Shown in pieces: positions 49,179 to 58,308 of a DNA stretch of 64,000 bases. Under the pieces are notes generated by a model, which had not been told where the DNA came from, did no database searches, and worked only from the letters and a program-made list of their open reading frames with translations. The stretch lies in IMG/VR virus record IMGVR_UViG_3300042569_002502; one strand, 5' to 3'. The stretch comes from a virus. Lineage: Duplodnaviria; Heunggongvirae; Uroviricota; Caudoviricetes. The translations under genes were made by a program, and so were the position numbers. The number at the start of each line of letters is the position of its first letter. Position 1 is the stretch's first letter.

Positions 49179-50330
49179 CTAAGGAGTTAAAGTGGTAGTA
49201 GTTGTAGTTGTTGAAGGAGCTACAGTGGTAGTACTTGTAGTTGTGATACAAGTGTTGTTATCTACAACAAGTCCTAAAGCAGCTTCAAGAATTGTTTCGA
49301 TTCCAGCACTTTCACCAGGACCAGCAGCAATTATTACCATGTTATCTTCATGGATGTAATCACCCCAAGTGTATCCTGATTTATCAAACTCATTAAACTT
49401 AATGTAGTAGGTATTATAGTTTGTACCATCTACAACCCAGCTTTCAAAGTTTTCGTTGTAACCAACCATTCTGTATAAATGCTTCAAGTATCCAGCTTGG
49501 TAGCTATAGAAATTCTTTTCAAGTTGTTTAATCTCTTCAGAAGTTCCTGTAGCGTAAGAAGCACGTTGAACAACAACAGCATTTGCTACAATGTTACAAT
49601 TGTCTGCAACAATAAAGTCAGCAGTGGTAGCAGGACCAGAATAAACGAAAGTACGGAAGTACATTCTGTCATATTCAAAAGGAAATGCAGCAACATCACA
49701 AGGCTGGCCATACTTAGTAAGAGGCTTAGCAGAGATGCGTAAAACAGTTCCACCTACATTCTCAAATGTGTAGAAAGTGTTGAAGCTAATGTTATCAGGG
49801 TTGATACCAGGAGCAGATGCAGTTAATTTCACAATAAACTGATCAATTAAAGCTGATGTATCCACTGTATCACAAGGATCAGCACCACAATCACAACAAG
49901 GAGCTTGTACAGTCACTGAACGAGTGAAACCATTGAAATATAATGTATCAATGTAGCTAGAATGTGCACGCAATGTAAGCGTTACAACATCACCACATTT
50001 TACATTAAAATCAGTAACATCAGTGATCTGAGTTGCTGGAGTAGGACATCCTGATACTTTGTACCATTCTGTTACATTGGTTCTACAAGAACCTTCTAAG
50101 CAACCAGCAATTTTGTCTGAACGTTTACTGCCCTGAAGGTAAGTATTCACTCTACCTTGAGCTAGATAAAAATAAGGTTTATCAGCAATATTTCCAGCAT
50201 TTGCAACACTGTAATCGCTTCTAAAGATACCAAATTGACCTGCGGTCAAATCTTGTGTGGATGTACCAGGGCTAGGTAGTGTATTTCCTACTGGAACCAC
50301 AAAGAGCGTAGTTAATGAAAAATCCGCCAT
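49179..50330 (-). CDS. structural protein (383 aa) with poly-Thr C-terminus; head fiber/auxiliary capsid candidate
   Basis: ATG start. Ends TTTSTTTVAPSTTTTTTTLTP. Position is downstream of the capsid genes. Confidence 0.55.
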   Translation of the reverse strand: MADFSLTTLFVVPVGNTLPSPGTSTQDLTAGQFGIFRSDYSVANAGNIADKPYFYLAQGRVNTYLQGSKRSDKIAGCLEGSCRTNVTEWYKVSGCPTPATQITDVTDFNVKCGDVVTLTLRAHSSYIDTLYFNGFTRSVTVQAPCCDCGADPCDTVDTSALIDQFIVKLTASAPGINPDNISFNTFYTFENVGGTVLRISAKPLTKYGQPCDVAAFPFEYDRMYFRTFVYSGPATTADFIVADNCNIVANAVVVQRASYATGTSEEIKQLEKNFYSYQAGYLKHLYRMVGYNENFESWVVDGTNYNTYYIKFNEFDKSGYTWGDYIHEDNMVIIAAGPGESAGIETILEAALGLVVDNNTCITTTSTTTVAPSTTTTTTTLTP

Positions 50331-50353
50331 TTTATTTTAATTTAAATTGTTGA

Positions 50354-51085
50354 CTATTCGTTTGTTTGTATTCTATATTGAGCACTCTGCATTGCTGCAG
50401 CATTTTCTGTGTACATAGCAAGATTTTGTACTGTAAGATCTAGAAGTTCATCCTCCAGATAAGTCTCAAGTTCGCAATCTTGATTTATTGATTCTTGGCC
50501 ATCAAATTTTATATATCCTTCTTTATCAATATACACTGGGTATCTCATATAAGAAATGTATATATCCTTTGGTGTAAATGTTCCGTCTGTGAATATAGAA
50601 ATCTCATCAGAGGATAAAAAATTAAAAGTTTCCTGATATTCAAAAGATGGTTTATAGTGATCATTGTTTAAAATTAAAGAAAGGTCTCCGTGTTTAGCAA
50701 GATCTCTATTAATCCATATTTTTCTATCTTTACATATTCCCTTGTCAGCTATGACATAACTATCAACATAGAACATGTATTTTGGATCTAATTTATGAAT
50801 ATCAGCTGACCATTGATTTAGTTCAATATTTTTGATTTTTACATCAAGTTTGCCCTTGTTATAAGGTACTATAAGACTCTGTAAATCTTCATATCTCTTT
50901 TTAAAAGAATCTAATCCAAGTCCAGAAACAGTACTAAATCCATCAACCTTTTGTTTAATCAGCTTTATTTGAGCTTCATTTAAAGCTAATATTTTATCTT
51001 CTAAAGGAATCTCCTGATGATCATTTGTTGATAGTTTATTTAGTTTCTGATCAATTTTATATAATAAACTATCTACGGGTATCAT
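50354..51085 (-). CDS. hypothetical head/connector-region protein (243 aa)
   Basis: ATG start. 4-nt overlap with the upstream gene. Confidence 0.5.
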   Translation of the reverse strand: MIPVDSLLYKIDQKLNKLSTNDHQEIPLEDKILALNEAQIKLIKQKVDGFSTVSGLGLDSFKKRYEDLQSLIVPYNKGKLDVKIKNIELNQWSADIHKLDPKYMFYVDSYVIADKGICKDRKIWINRDLAKHGDLSLILNNDHYKPSFEYQETFNFLSSDEISIFTDGTFTPKDIYISYMRYPVYIDKEGYIKFDGQESINQDCELETYLEDELLDLTVQNLAMYTENAAAMQSAQYRIQTNE

Positions 51086-52050
51086 ACAGAAGCTAATTTT
51101 TTAGTTTTTACTTTTTGTTCTAGTGTAATCAATTCATCTTGATTATCGTCATCAGCAAGGAATTTAACTAAATCGTCTTCATCTTTTGCCACCTCAAATT
51201 CACCTTCGTAAATTTTTCCATTTGCCTTTGCTCTATAAATCGAATGGGTAAGGGCCTGTTTAACAAGATCTTTAATGTGAAGAAGATTTTCCTTCATATC
51301 TGCAAATCTATTAAAAACTTCAACTGGTGTTAATCCTTGGTATTTACCTGTTTTGAACTCTGTTTGTTTTAAAACATTATCTACAAGATTATATACCACT
51401 TCTTCTTTGGTATCATCTGTAACTGGAAGTCCTAACAATCTAGCCACCTTTTTCTTTTTATCTGGTGTCATAGAGTCAAACTTAACAATTGCTTTGTTGA
51501 TAAGTTGTTTCTTTTTGAATATAACAGCATTTTCAATCTCATCATCTGCTACATAAAATTGTGTTTCTGCAGCAAATTCTCCTCTTTCCCATGCTTGATA
51601 AGAGGATGCAATTGTAGGATGTACTCTTAACCATGAGAAAGCTAATTCTTGTAAAGGTTGTGCTAAATCAAAATAGTTATCTCCATCTAACAATTTTACA
51701 GGTTGAACATGTAAAGTGTCATCTGTAGATGTAGACAATCCATAGTTCCAGAAACTAGATCTAGACCCTAGATTAACATCTCCAAGAGCTGCTTCAAGTT
51801 TTGTCTTAAGAGCTGTTACACGTTCAACTTCCATCTCTCTTTCTAAAGGATCAGAAATTCTACGAATATAAGCAGCATTAGGATCAAGCCCTGTTCTATA
51901 TTGTCCATCAAGTTCCTTATAAGGATACTTAAATACACCTGTACCAGGAATCCTTGTCATACCTTTTTGAGAAAGCCCTCCCTGCATTGTTTGCAATTGA
52001 GAGTTGTTGTAGTCTTTCTTAATAGTTGAAATTTTGCCTATCTTACCCAT
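51082..52050 (-). CDS. hypothetical head-region protein (322 aa)
   Basis: ATG start. First gene after the post-capsid terminator. Confidence 0.5.
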   Translation of the reverse strand: MGKIGKISTIKKDYNNSQLQTMQGGLSQKGMTRIPGTGVFKYPYKELDGQYRTGLDPNAAYIRRISDPLEREMEVERVTALKTKLEAALGDVNLGSRSSFWNYGLSTSTDDTLHVQPVKLLDGDNYFDLAQPLQELAFSWLRVHPTIASSYQAWERGEFAAETQFYVADDEIENAVIFKKKQLINKAIVKFDSMTPDKKKKVARLLGLPVTDDTKEEVVYNLVDNVLKQTEFKTGKYQGLTPVEVFNRFADMKENLLHIKDLVKQALTHSIYRAKANGKIYEGEFEVAKDEDDLVKFLADDDNQDELITLEQKVKTKKLASV

Positions 52051-52127
52051 ATGTAGTTTTTATTTGGTTTTTTAGCAGATGGTTCTCATCGAAGAGTATG
52101 CTGCTGGGAGACACCCCAACACATCCA

Positions 52128-52170
52128 TCTGTATTTTAAGAAGAGCTCCCCCACCCTGAAGTGGGGGGCA
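52128..52170 (-). terminator. GC-rich hairpin terminator after putative major capsid gene
   Basis: CCCCCAC/GTGGGGG 7-8 bp stem at 52147-52168 with a 6-nt loop. It is the only strongly GC-rich element in the 186-nt gap. Flanks are U-rich on both strands. Confidence 0.5.
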
Positions 52171-52236
52171 TTCTCTTCTTGAATTTATGAGCTTCTTTTG
52201 GAAGCGGTCTAAGAATACTATTCTTAGAGGAGGAAT

Positions 52237-53790
52237 CTAGAATTGTGGTATTTCCTCAATTAAAACGGTACGAGATAAATCTTCGATGAATACATCACAA
52301 CGATCTTTCATCCAGATTTCGTAACCAGGGAATTTGTTTGCAGAACTCATACCTTGAGACTTAGCAAAACCTAAGTGGTGACGAGTACCATCAATATATC
52401 CCCAAGTCATAGAAGGTGCACCCTTCATTCTCACTTCACGAATATTATTAATCATAGAACCATCAGACATTGGAGACACATCAAACACCATGAATACTGG
52501 AGTGCTCTTTTTGTTCTGACCAAATTCTAAGTTTGATTGAGGAAGATCTAACTCTTTTAAGTGAATTAGTTCAACACGACCAGTCTCACGAGTAACCATT
52601 GCATCGAAAGCAAAGTTGTAAGTGATGTGTTGACCTTCTCCTTGCATATAACGATTTCCAGAATCAGCCATGAAAGTAAGACCACTATTCAAAGCGTCAT
52701 TCTTTAAAGCTTGTTGGAATACATCAAAACCAGCTTCGTTAGTGTACATTTTAACCTTACGGTCTTTAACATCCACACGTCTGTAGAAAAGATCTCCAAA
52801 AACTGAACGGATTAAGTTAGCAGAGAACTCACCACGGTTGTATTGTACTAAGTTACCGTTGTTACGCATTCTGTGGTAAACACCTGCAGATGTACGCTTC
52901 AACTCTTGCTTAGAACCGTTTGTTTTCACTGTACCTGGTTTGCTCCAAATCATACGCTTAACTTTCAACTCAAGCATAGATTTACGCATCCAGAATTCAA
53001 TAAATGGTTCCCATTTAACATCATTACGAGTTAAAGGAAGTTGATTTCTACGTTGAGGAGCATATACTAAAATGTCTAGAGGCTTACCAGAAGCATCTCT
53101 CATCATTTTGTCATCAGCCCACTCAGTGATTTTGTGCTCATAACCATATGCAGAACCTAAAGATTCAAACATAGTGATTTGCTCACCTAAACGAGGAAGA
53201 CCTAAAAGATCTTGATCAAATTCACCAATAGCTGCATCAACTAATTCCAATTCAATACCAGTCTGTAAGAAGGTAGAGCTTACGAAATCAACTGTTGGGT
53301 TGTCAGTTACTAAAGTGAAAGTGTAAAGGTAGCCCATGTTCCAAGGAACAGGATCTTTAATTACGTAGAAACGAGGTCCATACTGACGAGATCCTACAGA
53401 AACAATAGCGTTCTTAGAGAACTCATTTGTGTCTAATACAAGAGAAAACTCTTGGCCATCAATACCAGGCTTGCTCAAATTGATTGTGCTATCTGGAACA
53501 TCAATGATTTTAGGAAATTTGTAAGGAACTTGTACTTGCCACTTCCAAGCATCACTGTTATTGTCGATGTAATAAGGAGTGCTCTTATTAATCATATCCA
53601 AAAAGTCATTGCTGTACAATGAGCTCTGAGTGTATAAGCTGATGATTTTTTTATCATAATCAGCAGGCTCAGTTGAGTGAAAGCTTTCCAAGTGGTTAGA
53701 ATCTGTTAATTTACCAACAGCACGTTTGTCCATAGAGGCCACACGAGCATAAGTAAATCCAGTTAAACCTGGAATAGTTTGAATTGCCAT
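52237..53790 (-). CDS. putative major capsid protein (517 aa)
   Basis: Size and position: downstream of the portal/scaffold-like gene, followed by a terminator. It has the longest preceding intergenic leader. No motif-level confirmation is possible by eye. Confidence 0.5.
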   Translation of the reverse strand: MAIQTIPGLTGFTYARVASMDKRAVGKLTDSNHLESFHSTEPADYDKKIISLYTQSSLYSNDFLDMINKSTPYYIDNNSDAWKWQVQVPYKFPKIIDVPDSTINLSKPGIDGQEFSLVLDTNEFSKNAIVSVGSRQYGPRFYVIKDPVPWNMGYLYTFTLVTDNPTVDFVSSTFLQTGIELELVDAAIGEFDQDLLGLPRLGEQITMFESLGSAYGYEHKITEWADDKMMRDASGKPLDILVYAPQRRNQLPLTRNDVKWEPFIEFWMRKSMLELKVKRMIWSKPGTVKTNGSKQELKRTSAGVYHRMRNNGNLVQYNRGEFSANLIRSVFGDLFYRRVDVKDRKVKMYTNEAGFDVFQQALKNDALNSGLTFMADSGNRYMQGEGQHITYNFAFDAMVTRETGRVELIHLKELDLPQSNLEFGQNKKSTPVFMVFDVSPMSDGSMINNIREVRMKGAPSMTWGYIDGTRHHLGFAKSQGMSSANKFPGYEIWMKDRCDVFIEDLSRTVLIEEIPQF

Positions 53791-53824
53791 TTGTGTTATT
53801 TTTTAATTTAAATGTATAAATTGT

Positions 53825-55075
53825 TTATTGAAACCATGATGTTGTAGCACTGGCTGATTTCCCTGTTTTAACAGCAGATTTTGTCACCTGTCTAGCCACT
53901 TCACCAAACAATTCATTAGACTTTTTGGTGAGGCCTGTTTTTTGTATTGTAGATAACATAGGATCTTTTTCTAAAATTTTTAATAAAAGACCCACTTTAA
54001 CTTTCATTTCGTGGTTTTCTGGTCTTTTTAATTCTAGAATTGTTCTGTCAAAATCTGTTAAAGTTTCGCCAGAAGTTGTTTTATACTTATCTACTAATAG
54101 GAAATCTTGTAGTTCACCAGCCAGTTTTGGGTTAATTGGAATACCGTCAAACTCTTTTGTTTTCACTTTATCTTGCAAAATAGTTTGAACGTTATTATAA
54201 TATTGTTGTTTAACCGCTTGTTGTTGTTGTAATCTTTTTTCGTTCTCTTGCTCCATTTGTTGAAGCTTTGCTGATTCTTTTTTTACTAGTACTTTGTGGT
54301 GTTTTGCAGCTACAGTCTCAAGATCACCATAGTTCTTTAAACGCTCCACTTCTGTTGTAACATCTTCAGGATCAAATCCTTGATCAGCTAATGCTTGTTT
54401 AATCACTGCCACTTGATTAGCTTCCTCTGAAAGATCTAGTTCAGCAAAATTTTGTATATTATTATAAACACCAAAATATTCTTTAGGATCCACTCCTTTT
54501 ACAAATATGGCATCAAATGCTTGTTGATAGTCTTCACCAAATTGACCAATGAAGTTATTTACCACTTCAATAGCACCTTTCTTTTTCTCTGCATTAAACC
54601 TTTCTAAGAATTCTTCTGGGGTAGAAATTGTTACATCATCATCTTCTCCATCTTCCTTAGTAAATACACCAAGTTTGAATAAGTCATTAGATAATGCTGT
54701 AAATTGACTAACCTCTTCAGACTCTTCTCCATCATTGTTGTCAGCCTCTTCTGGTTTTGCAGGAGCCTTAGTAGGAGGCTCATCACTATCTGTTTCTTCT
54801 TCATCATCATCTCCACCTAATAAAAAATCCTGTAAAGACTTTTTAGTCTTTTCTTCTGTGTCTTCTTTAGGAGATTCTTGTTTAGGTTTATCTACAGTAG
54901 TTTTGGGGGAAGCAGGTTTTGGATCTTCCTCTTTAATATCTTTAATATCATCAGGATTACTAGTGGAAGTTTCTGCACCCATAAGATCATTAAGTAATTC
55001 TGCATTACCCAATCCCATTTCCATAGTGTTCTCAATCCCAAAATTAAAAGATGGACTATCTAGATTTTCAGCCAT
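53825..55075 (-). CDS. acidic low-complexity protein, scaffold-like (416 aa)
   Basis: D/E/K-rich N-terminal half (DDDEEETDSDEPP...EEADNNDGEESEE), coiled-coil Q-rich middle, and position between the portal and capsid genes. Confidence 0.5.
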   Translation of the reverse strand: MAENLDSPSFNFGIENTMEMGLGNAELLNDLMGAETSTSNPDDIKDIKEEDPKPASPKTTVDKPKQESPKEDTEEKTKKSLQDFLLGGDDDEEETDSDEPPTKAPAKPEEADNNDGEESEEVSQFTALSNDLFKLGVFTKEDGEDDDVTISTPEEFLERFNAEKKKGAIEVVNNFIGQFGEDYQQAFDAIFVKGVDPKEYFGVYNNIQNFAELDLSEEANQVAVIKQALADQGFDPEDVTTEVERLKNYGDLETVAAKHHKVLVKKESAKLQQMEQENEKRLQQQQAVKQQYYNNVQTILQDKVKTKEFDGIPINPKLAGELQDFLLVDKYKTTSGETLTDFDRTILELKRPENHEMKVKVGLLLKILEKDPMLSTIQKTGLTKKSNELFGEVARQVTKSAVKTGKSASATTSWFQ

Positions 55076-55192
55076 ATGTAGTTTTTTAGTTGGTTTTCAG
55101 ATGTAAAAGTATATTATATAAACTTAATATCAAAGACTATATGATGTATATGGACCATTTTTGCTGATAATATAGCATTAATCATTTTTACT

Positions 55193-55723
55193 CTAATCAA
55201 GTTTATTTGTTATTGTATCATTTAATATTCTAAAACTTCTGATAGGAGCAAGGTCTGTTAGTGTCACTTGTTGTATTTCCACTCCCCACTTCTTTGCTTC
55301 CACTCTCATTTTTTTAGTGAGAATATTATCTAATTCAACATCTGTGCATTCATCAAGAGTCATAGACATAATAACATTTTTTATAATACTTTGTGACATA
55401 TCTGCTATAGCATCTTGAGCATCAAACACTTCTAATAAAAATGTCTTTACATCTGCTATTTTATATTTAATCACCCCCTTGACAACAATGTTTTGTTTGT
55501 CCTTAGTATATAAAGACTGGGCAGAGAGGCTTAATGTGGTGACAACAACATGCTGTACAATCACTTCATCCACTATAGGTATTTTAAAATAAAATCCTGG
55601 ATATAGATTTTTTCTATATTTACCAAGTCTTAAAAGGACAGCTTCTTCATAGTCCCTAATAATGATGGCTGGGGATATTTCCAGCCACCATTGTGTAAGA
55701 AGGTCTATTAATTTATCAAACAT
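55193..55723 (-). CDS. SPFH/band-7 (stomatin/prohibitin/HflK/C-like) domain protein
   Basis: 176 aa. LLRLGKYRKNLYPGFYFKIPIVDEV...TKDKQNIVVKGVIKYKIADVKTFLLEV...IADMSQSIIKNVIMSMTLDEC...KKWGVEIQQVTLTDLAP follows the SPFH consensus closely. ATG overlaps the portal stop. Confidence 0.65.
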   Translation of the reverse strand: MFDKLIDLLTQWWLEISPAIIIRDYEEAVLLRLGKYRKNLYPGFYFKIPIVDEVIVQHVVVTTLSLSAQSLYTKDKQNIVVKGVIKYKIADVKTFLLEVFDAQDAIADMSQSIIKNVIMSMTLDECTDVELDNILTKKMRVEAKKWGVEIQQVTLTDLAPIRSFRILNDTITNKLD

Positions 55724-58308
55724 TATTTTTTAGTTTTTGCTCTACCTTTTGCATTTTCTTTTGCAATAGCAAGATCGTTTGCTTGATTTTCCCTGGCCAC
55801 TTGAAGTTTTTCTCTTTCCACTTGAAGTTTTTGGTTAGCCAATCTGTTCTTAGCATTTATATCTGCCATTTTAGTTTCGTAGTCTTTAGTGGTTCTCACT
55901 TGTTCTGCAGCCAGTCTACTCATCTCTAAAACATCTGGTACAGCATTTTGATTTACATCTTCGCTCTCCACTTTACCATATCCTGTAGCAGAAATGATAG
56001 CAATTTTCTCTTTAGATAGTCTATCAAGTTCTTTTTGGTAATCATCGTGAGCAAGTTTTTCTTCATGCTGCTGTTGGGCCTGTTGAAGGGCAGCTTGAGC
56101 TTGTTCTTGCTGTTGTTCCATTTGCTGCTGCTGCTGTTGCATTTGTTGGTCTTGCATTTGTTCCTGTCTTTCTTTAAGCGTCTTAAACACTTTCTTCATC
56201 TGTCTAACAGAGTTTGTAGAATACAACTCAATAACATCATGAAGACTGGCACCATTTTGAAGAGCAGCTTGAGAAAGACTTCTAATCTCATTAAACAACT
56301 TCTGATCTTCTGGTCTGTTAGTTAAAAACACTTTAATATCTCTAAACTTAAGATCGGATCCATTCACCTGAACAAAAGCAGATTCTCCTTCAGAAGTGAT
56401 GTATGATAGGGTGGATTGTGGTTTTTTACTTTCTACATATAAAGCTGCGTCAATGATTGCTTGATATAGTTGGCCCAATACATATTCATGGGCTACAAAT
56501 AATGGCTCTGTCTGGGAATAAGATTGAGTAAGTGCTGCATTAGTTCCTGTAGCAGATTCACTTGCAGATATAGAACCCATTCTTTGTCTAGACATACCGA
56601 TTAATTCCCAACACTCAGTTTTAAGTTGCATAGCAAGCTGATAACGAGATTGAATTTCCTGTGTACGTGTAAGATCTATATCTCTAAACTGGTTAAAAGA
56701 GCTAGGAGATTTTAAATTCTCAGGACTATCATCTATAAAAACTATACCCCTGTTTCTTGCTTCCATTTCCCAAACATCTAAAGCATCCTGCGCATCCCCA
56801 TCTTTTGGAATAGGAACGTGTCTTATGGATGTTAAATACACTTTACCCACTTCCTTTTCAAGAAGTTTATAAAGCTGGTTCATACAAACATTGTACAGCA
56901 CTTGGAAAGGTTTCATAAGGTCTACTAAAGATTTAGCCTCTGTATTTTTCACCTCATGAATAGTTCCTATTATAGGACAATAATTTAATAATTTGTAAGG
57001 TTTTATATGGTAGATGTCTGGTCCTATCTTTATTCCTTGATACCATTGATTAATCCATCCCCATTCTAAAGACTGCTGTGTAGGAATTGTGTTTGATTTA
57101 TAATTTTCGTCTACAAGCATAGATTGCTCATTTCCCATCTCATCCAAATAAATCAACTTACCTATTTTCTTTTTAGAAATCCAATATGCCCTAACCACCA
57201 CATATTTGTATCCAAAAGAAGACACATTTGATGTAAGGCCTAAGAAATCTTTTAATCCATCATTGTTTTCTTTCATTTCACTTTCTATAATCATACGTGT
57301 CTGAAGAACAGCAGGATCATAAGTGTCATATTGAACAGAATCTATACCTGGAGCAGCATCAGGATTTCCAAGGTTGGATTCACGCACATTAATTAATCCG
57401 TAATCTTGGAGAGATGAACGTAAATGATCTATCTCTTCCTTAGTAAGATCTGGAATACTTTCAATTATTTCGGAGAGTTCCATCACCTGCACTATACCAG
57501 CAGCATATGCTCCCTGCGCTCTTCCTGTAGGATCTGATATATATTTTCTATCTGGAGTGGTAAGAAACCATGTATTTTTAGGATTGGCCACTTCTATATT
57601 AAACCCAAGTTTTGAATTATCCTCATATATATGATAGAATTCTCTAGCAGATATAAGCATATCTCTAAAAGCATCTTCACTTTTTTCTTTTAGAACAAAC
57701 TCGGCTTTTTGGCATGTAAGAATATGATTGGCCCATTTTTCAGCTATAGATGTGTAATTATCAAGTTCATCCTTTACATCATCCATTGTCATTTGTTGAA
57801 GCTCCTCTTCCCCAAGTTCTTGTCCTTGGAGGGAGGCTTGTTCCATTATCTTTTGTTTAGCCTGACTAATTACAAAATCTTGTAATATCTTAGTTTTAAA
57901 TTCTAACTCTTCAGACTGACTATCTTCATCAAAAGCTTTCACTCTAAATGCATCTGGTCTTTTAGAAATTTCTCCTACAAGCTCATTAATTGGTGTAGTG
58001 AGAATAGAATAATGTTTTACATATGCAGGAAGTTCAAGATCTGTTGTTAGCATTTCTGTAAAACTCTTCACCTGAGGCTCCTGATAAAAATCTTCCATTC
58101 TTAAAATACCCTTAATAAGATCGTAGTTTTTAACAAATGTATCTCTGTTTTTTACATATTCAGCATAGGCCTTGTTAGCAAAATAGTCCATTGTGTTTTT
58201 CACCCAACTTTCATCTTCCTTCTCTTTATCAGTTTTAAACTGATCTGGAAATATGTTTAAATAGGCATACCTTATGGTAGCATCTTTTGTATATCTTATT
58301 ATTGCCAT
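55723..58308 (-). CDS. portal protein candidate (861 aa)
   Basis: Immediately downstream of TerL, overlapping it (ATG/TAA). Large size. C-terminal Gln-rich coiled coil (QQMQQQQQQMEQQQEQAQAALQQAQQQ). Confidence 0.6.
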   Translation of the reverse strand: MAIIRYTKDATIRYAYLNIFPDQFKTDKEKEDESWVKNTMDYFANKAYAEYVKNRDTFVKNYDLIKGILRMEDFYQEPQVKSFTEMLTTDLELPAYVKHYSILTTPINELVGEISKRPDAFRVKAFDEDSQSEELEFKTKILQDFVISQAKQKIMEQASLQGQELGEEELQQMTMDDVKDELDNYTSIAEKWANHILTCQKAEFVLKEKSEDAFRDMLISAREFYHIYEDNSKLGFNIEVANPKNTWFLTTPDRKYISDPTGRAQGAYAAGIVQVMELSEIIESIPDLTKEEIDHLRSSLQDYGLINVRESNLGNPDAAPGIDSVQYDTYDPAVLQTRMIIESEMKENNDGLKDFLGLTSNVSSFGYKYVVVRAYWISKKKIGKLIYLDEMGNEQSMLVDENYKSNTIPTQQSLEWGWINQWYQGIKIGPDIYHIKPYKLLNYCPIIGTIHEVKNTEAKSLVDLMKPFQVLYNVCMNQLYKLLEKEVGKVYLTSIRHVPIPKDGDAQDALDVWEMEARNRGIVFIDDSPENLKSPSSFNQFRDIDLTRTQEIQSRYQLAMQLKTECWELIGMSRQRMGSISASESATGTNAALTQSYSQTEPLFVAHEYVLGQLYQAIIDAALYVESKKPQSTLSYITSEGESAFVQVNGSDLKFRDIKVFLTNRPEDQKLFNEIRSLSQAALQNGASLHDVIELYSTNSVRQMKKVFKTLKERQEQMQDQQMQQQQQQMEQQQEQAQAALQQAQQQHEEKLAHDDYQKELDRLSKEKIAIISATGYGKVESEDVNQNAVPDVLEMSRLAAEQVRTTKDYETKMADINAKNRLANQKLQVEREKLQVARENQANDLAIAKENAKGRAKTKK

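Noticed and set aside
55076-55192. Promoter-like AT-rich gap upstream of the scaffold-like gene
   Set aside because: It contains only near-matches to the TAnnTTTG motif (TATACTTT). That is not enough to call.
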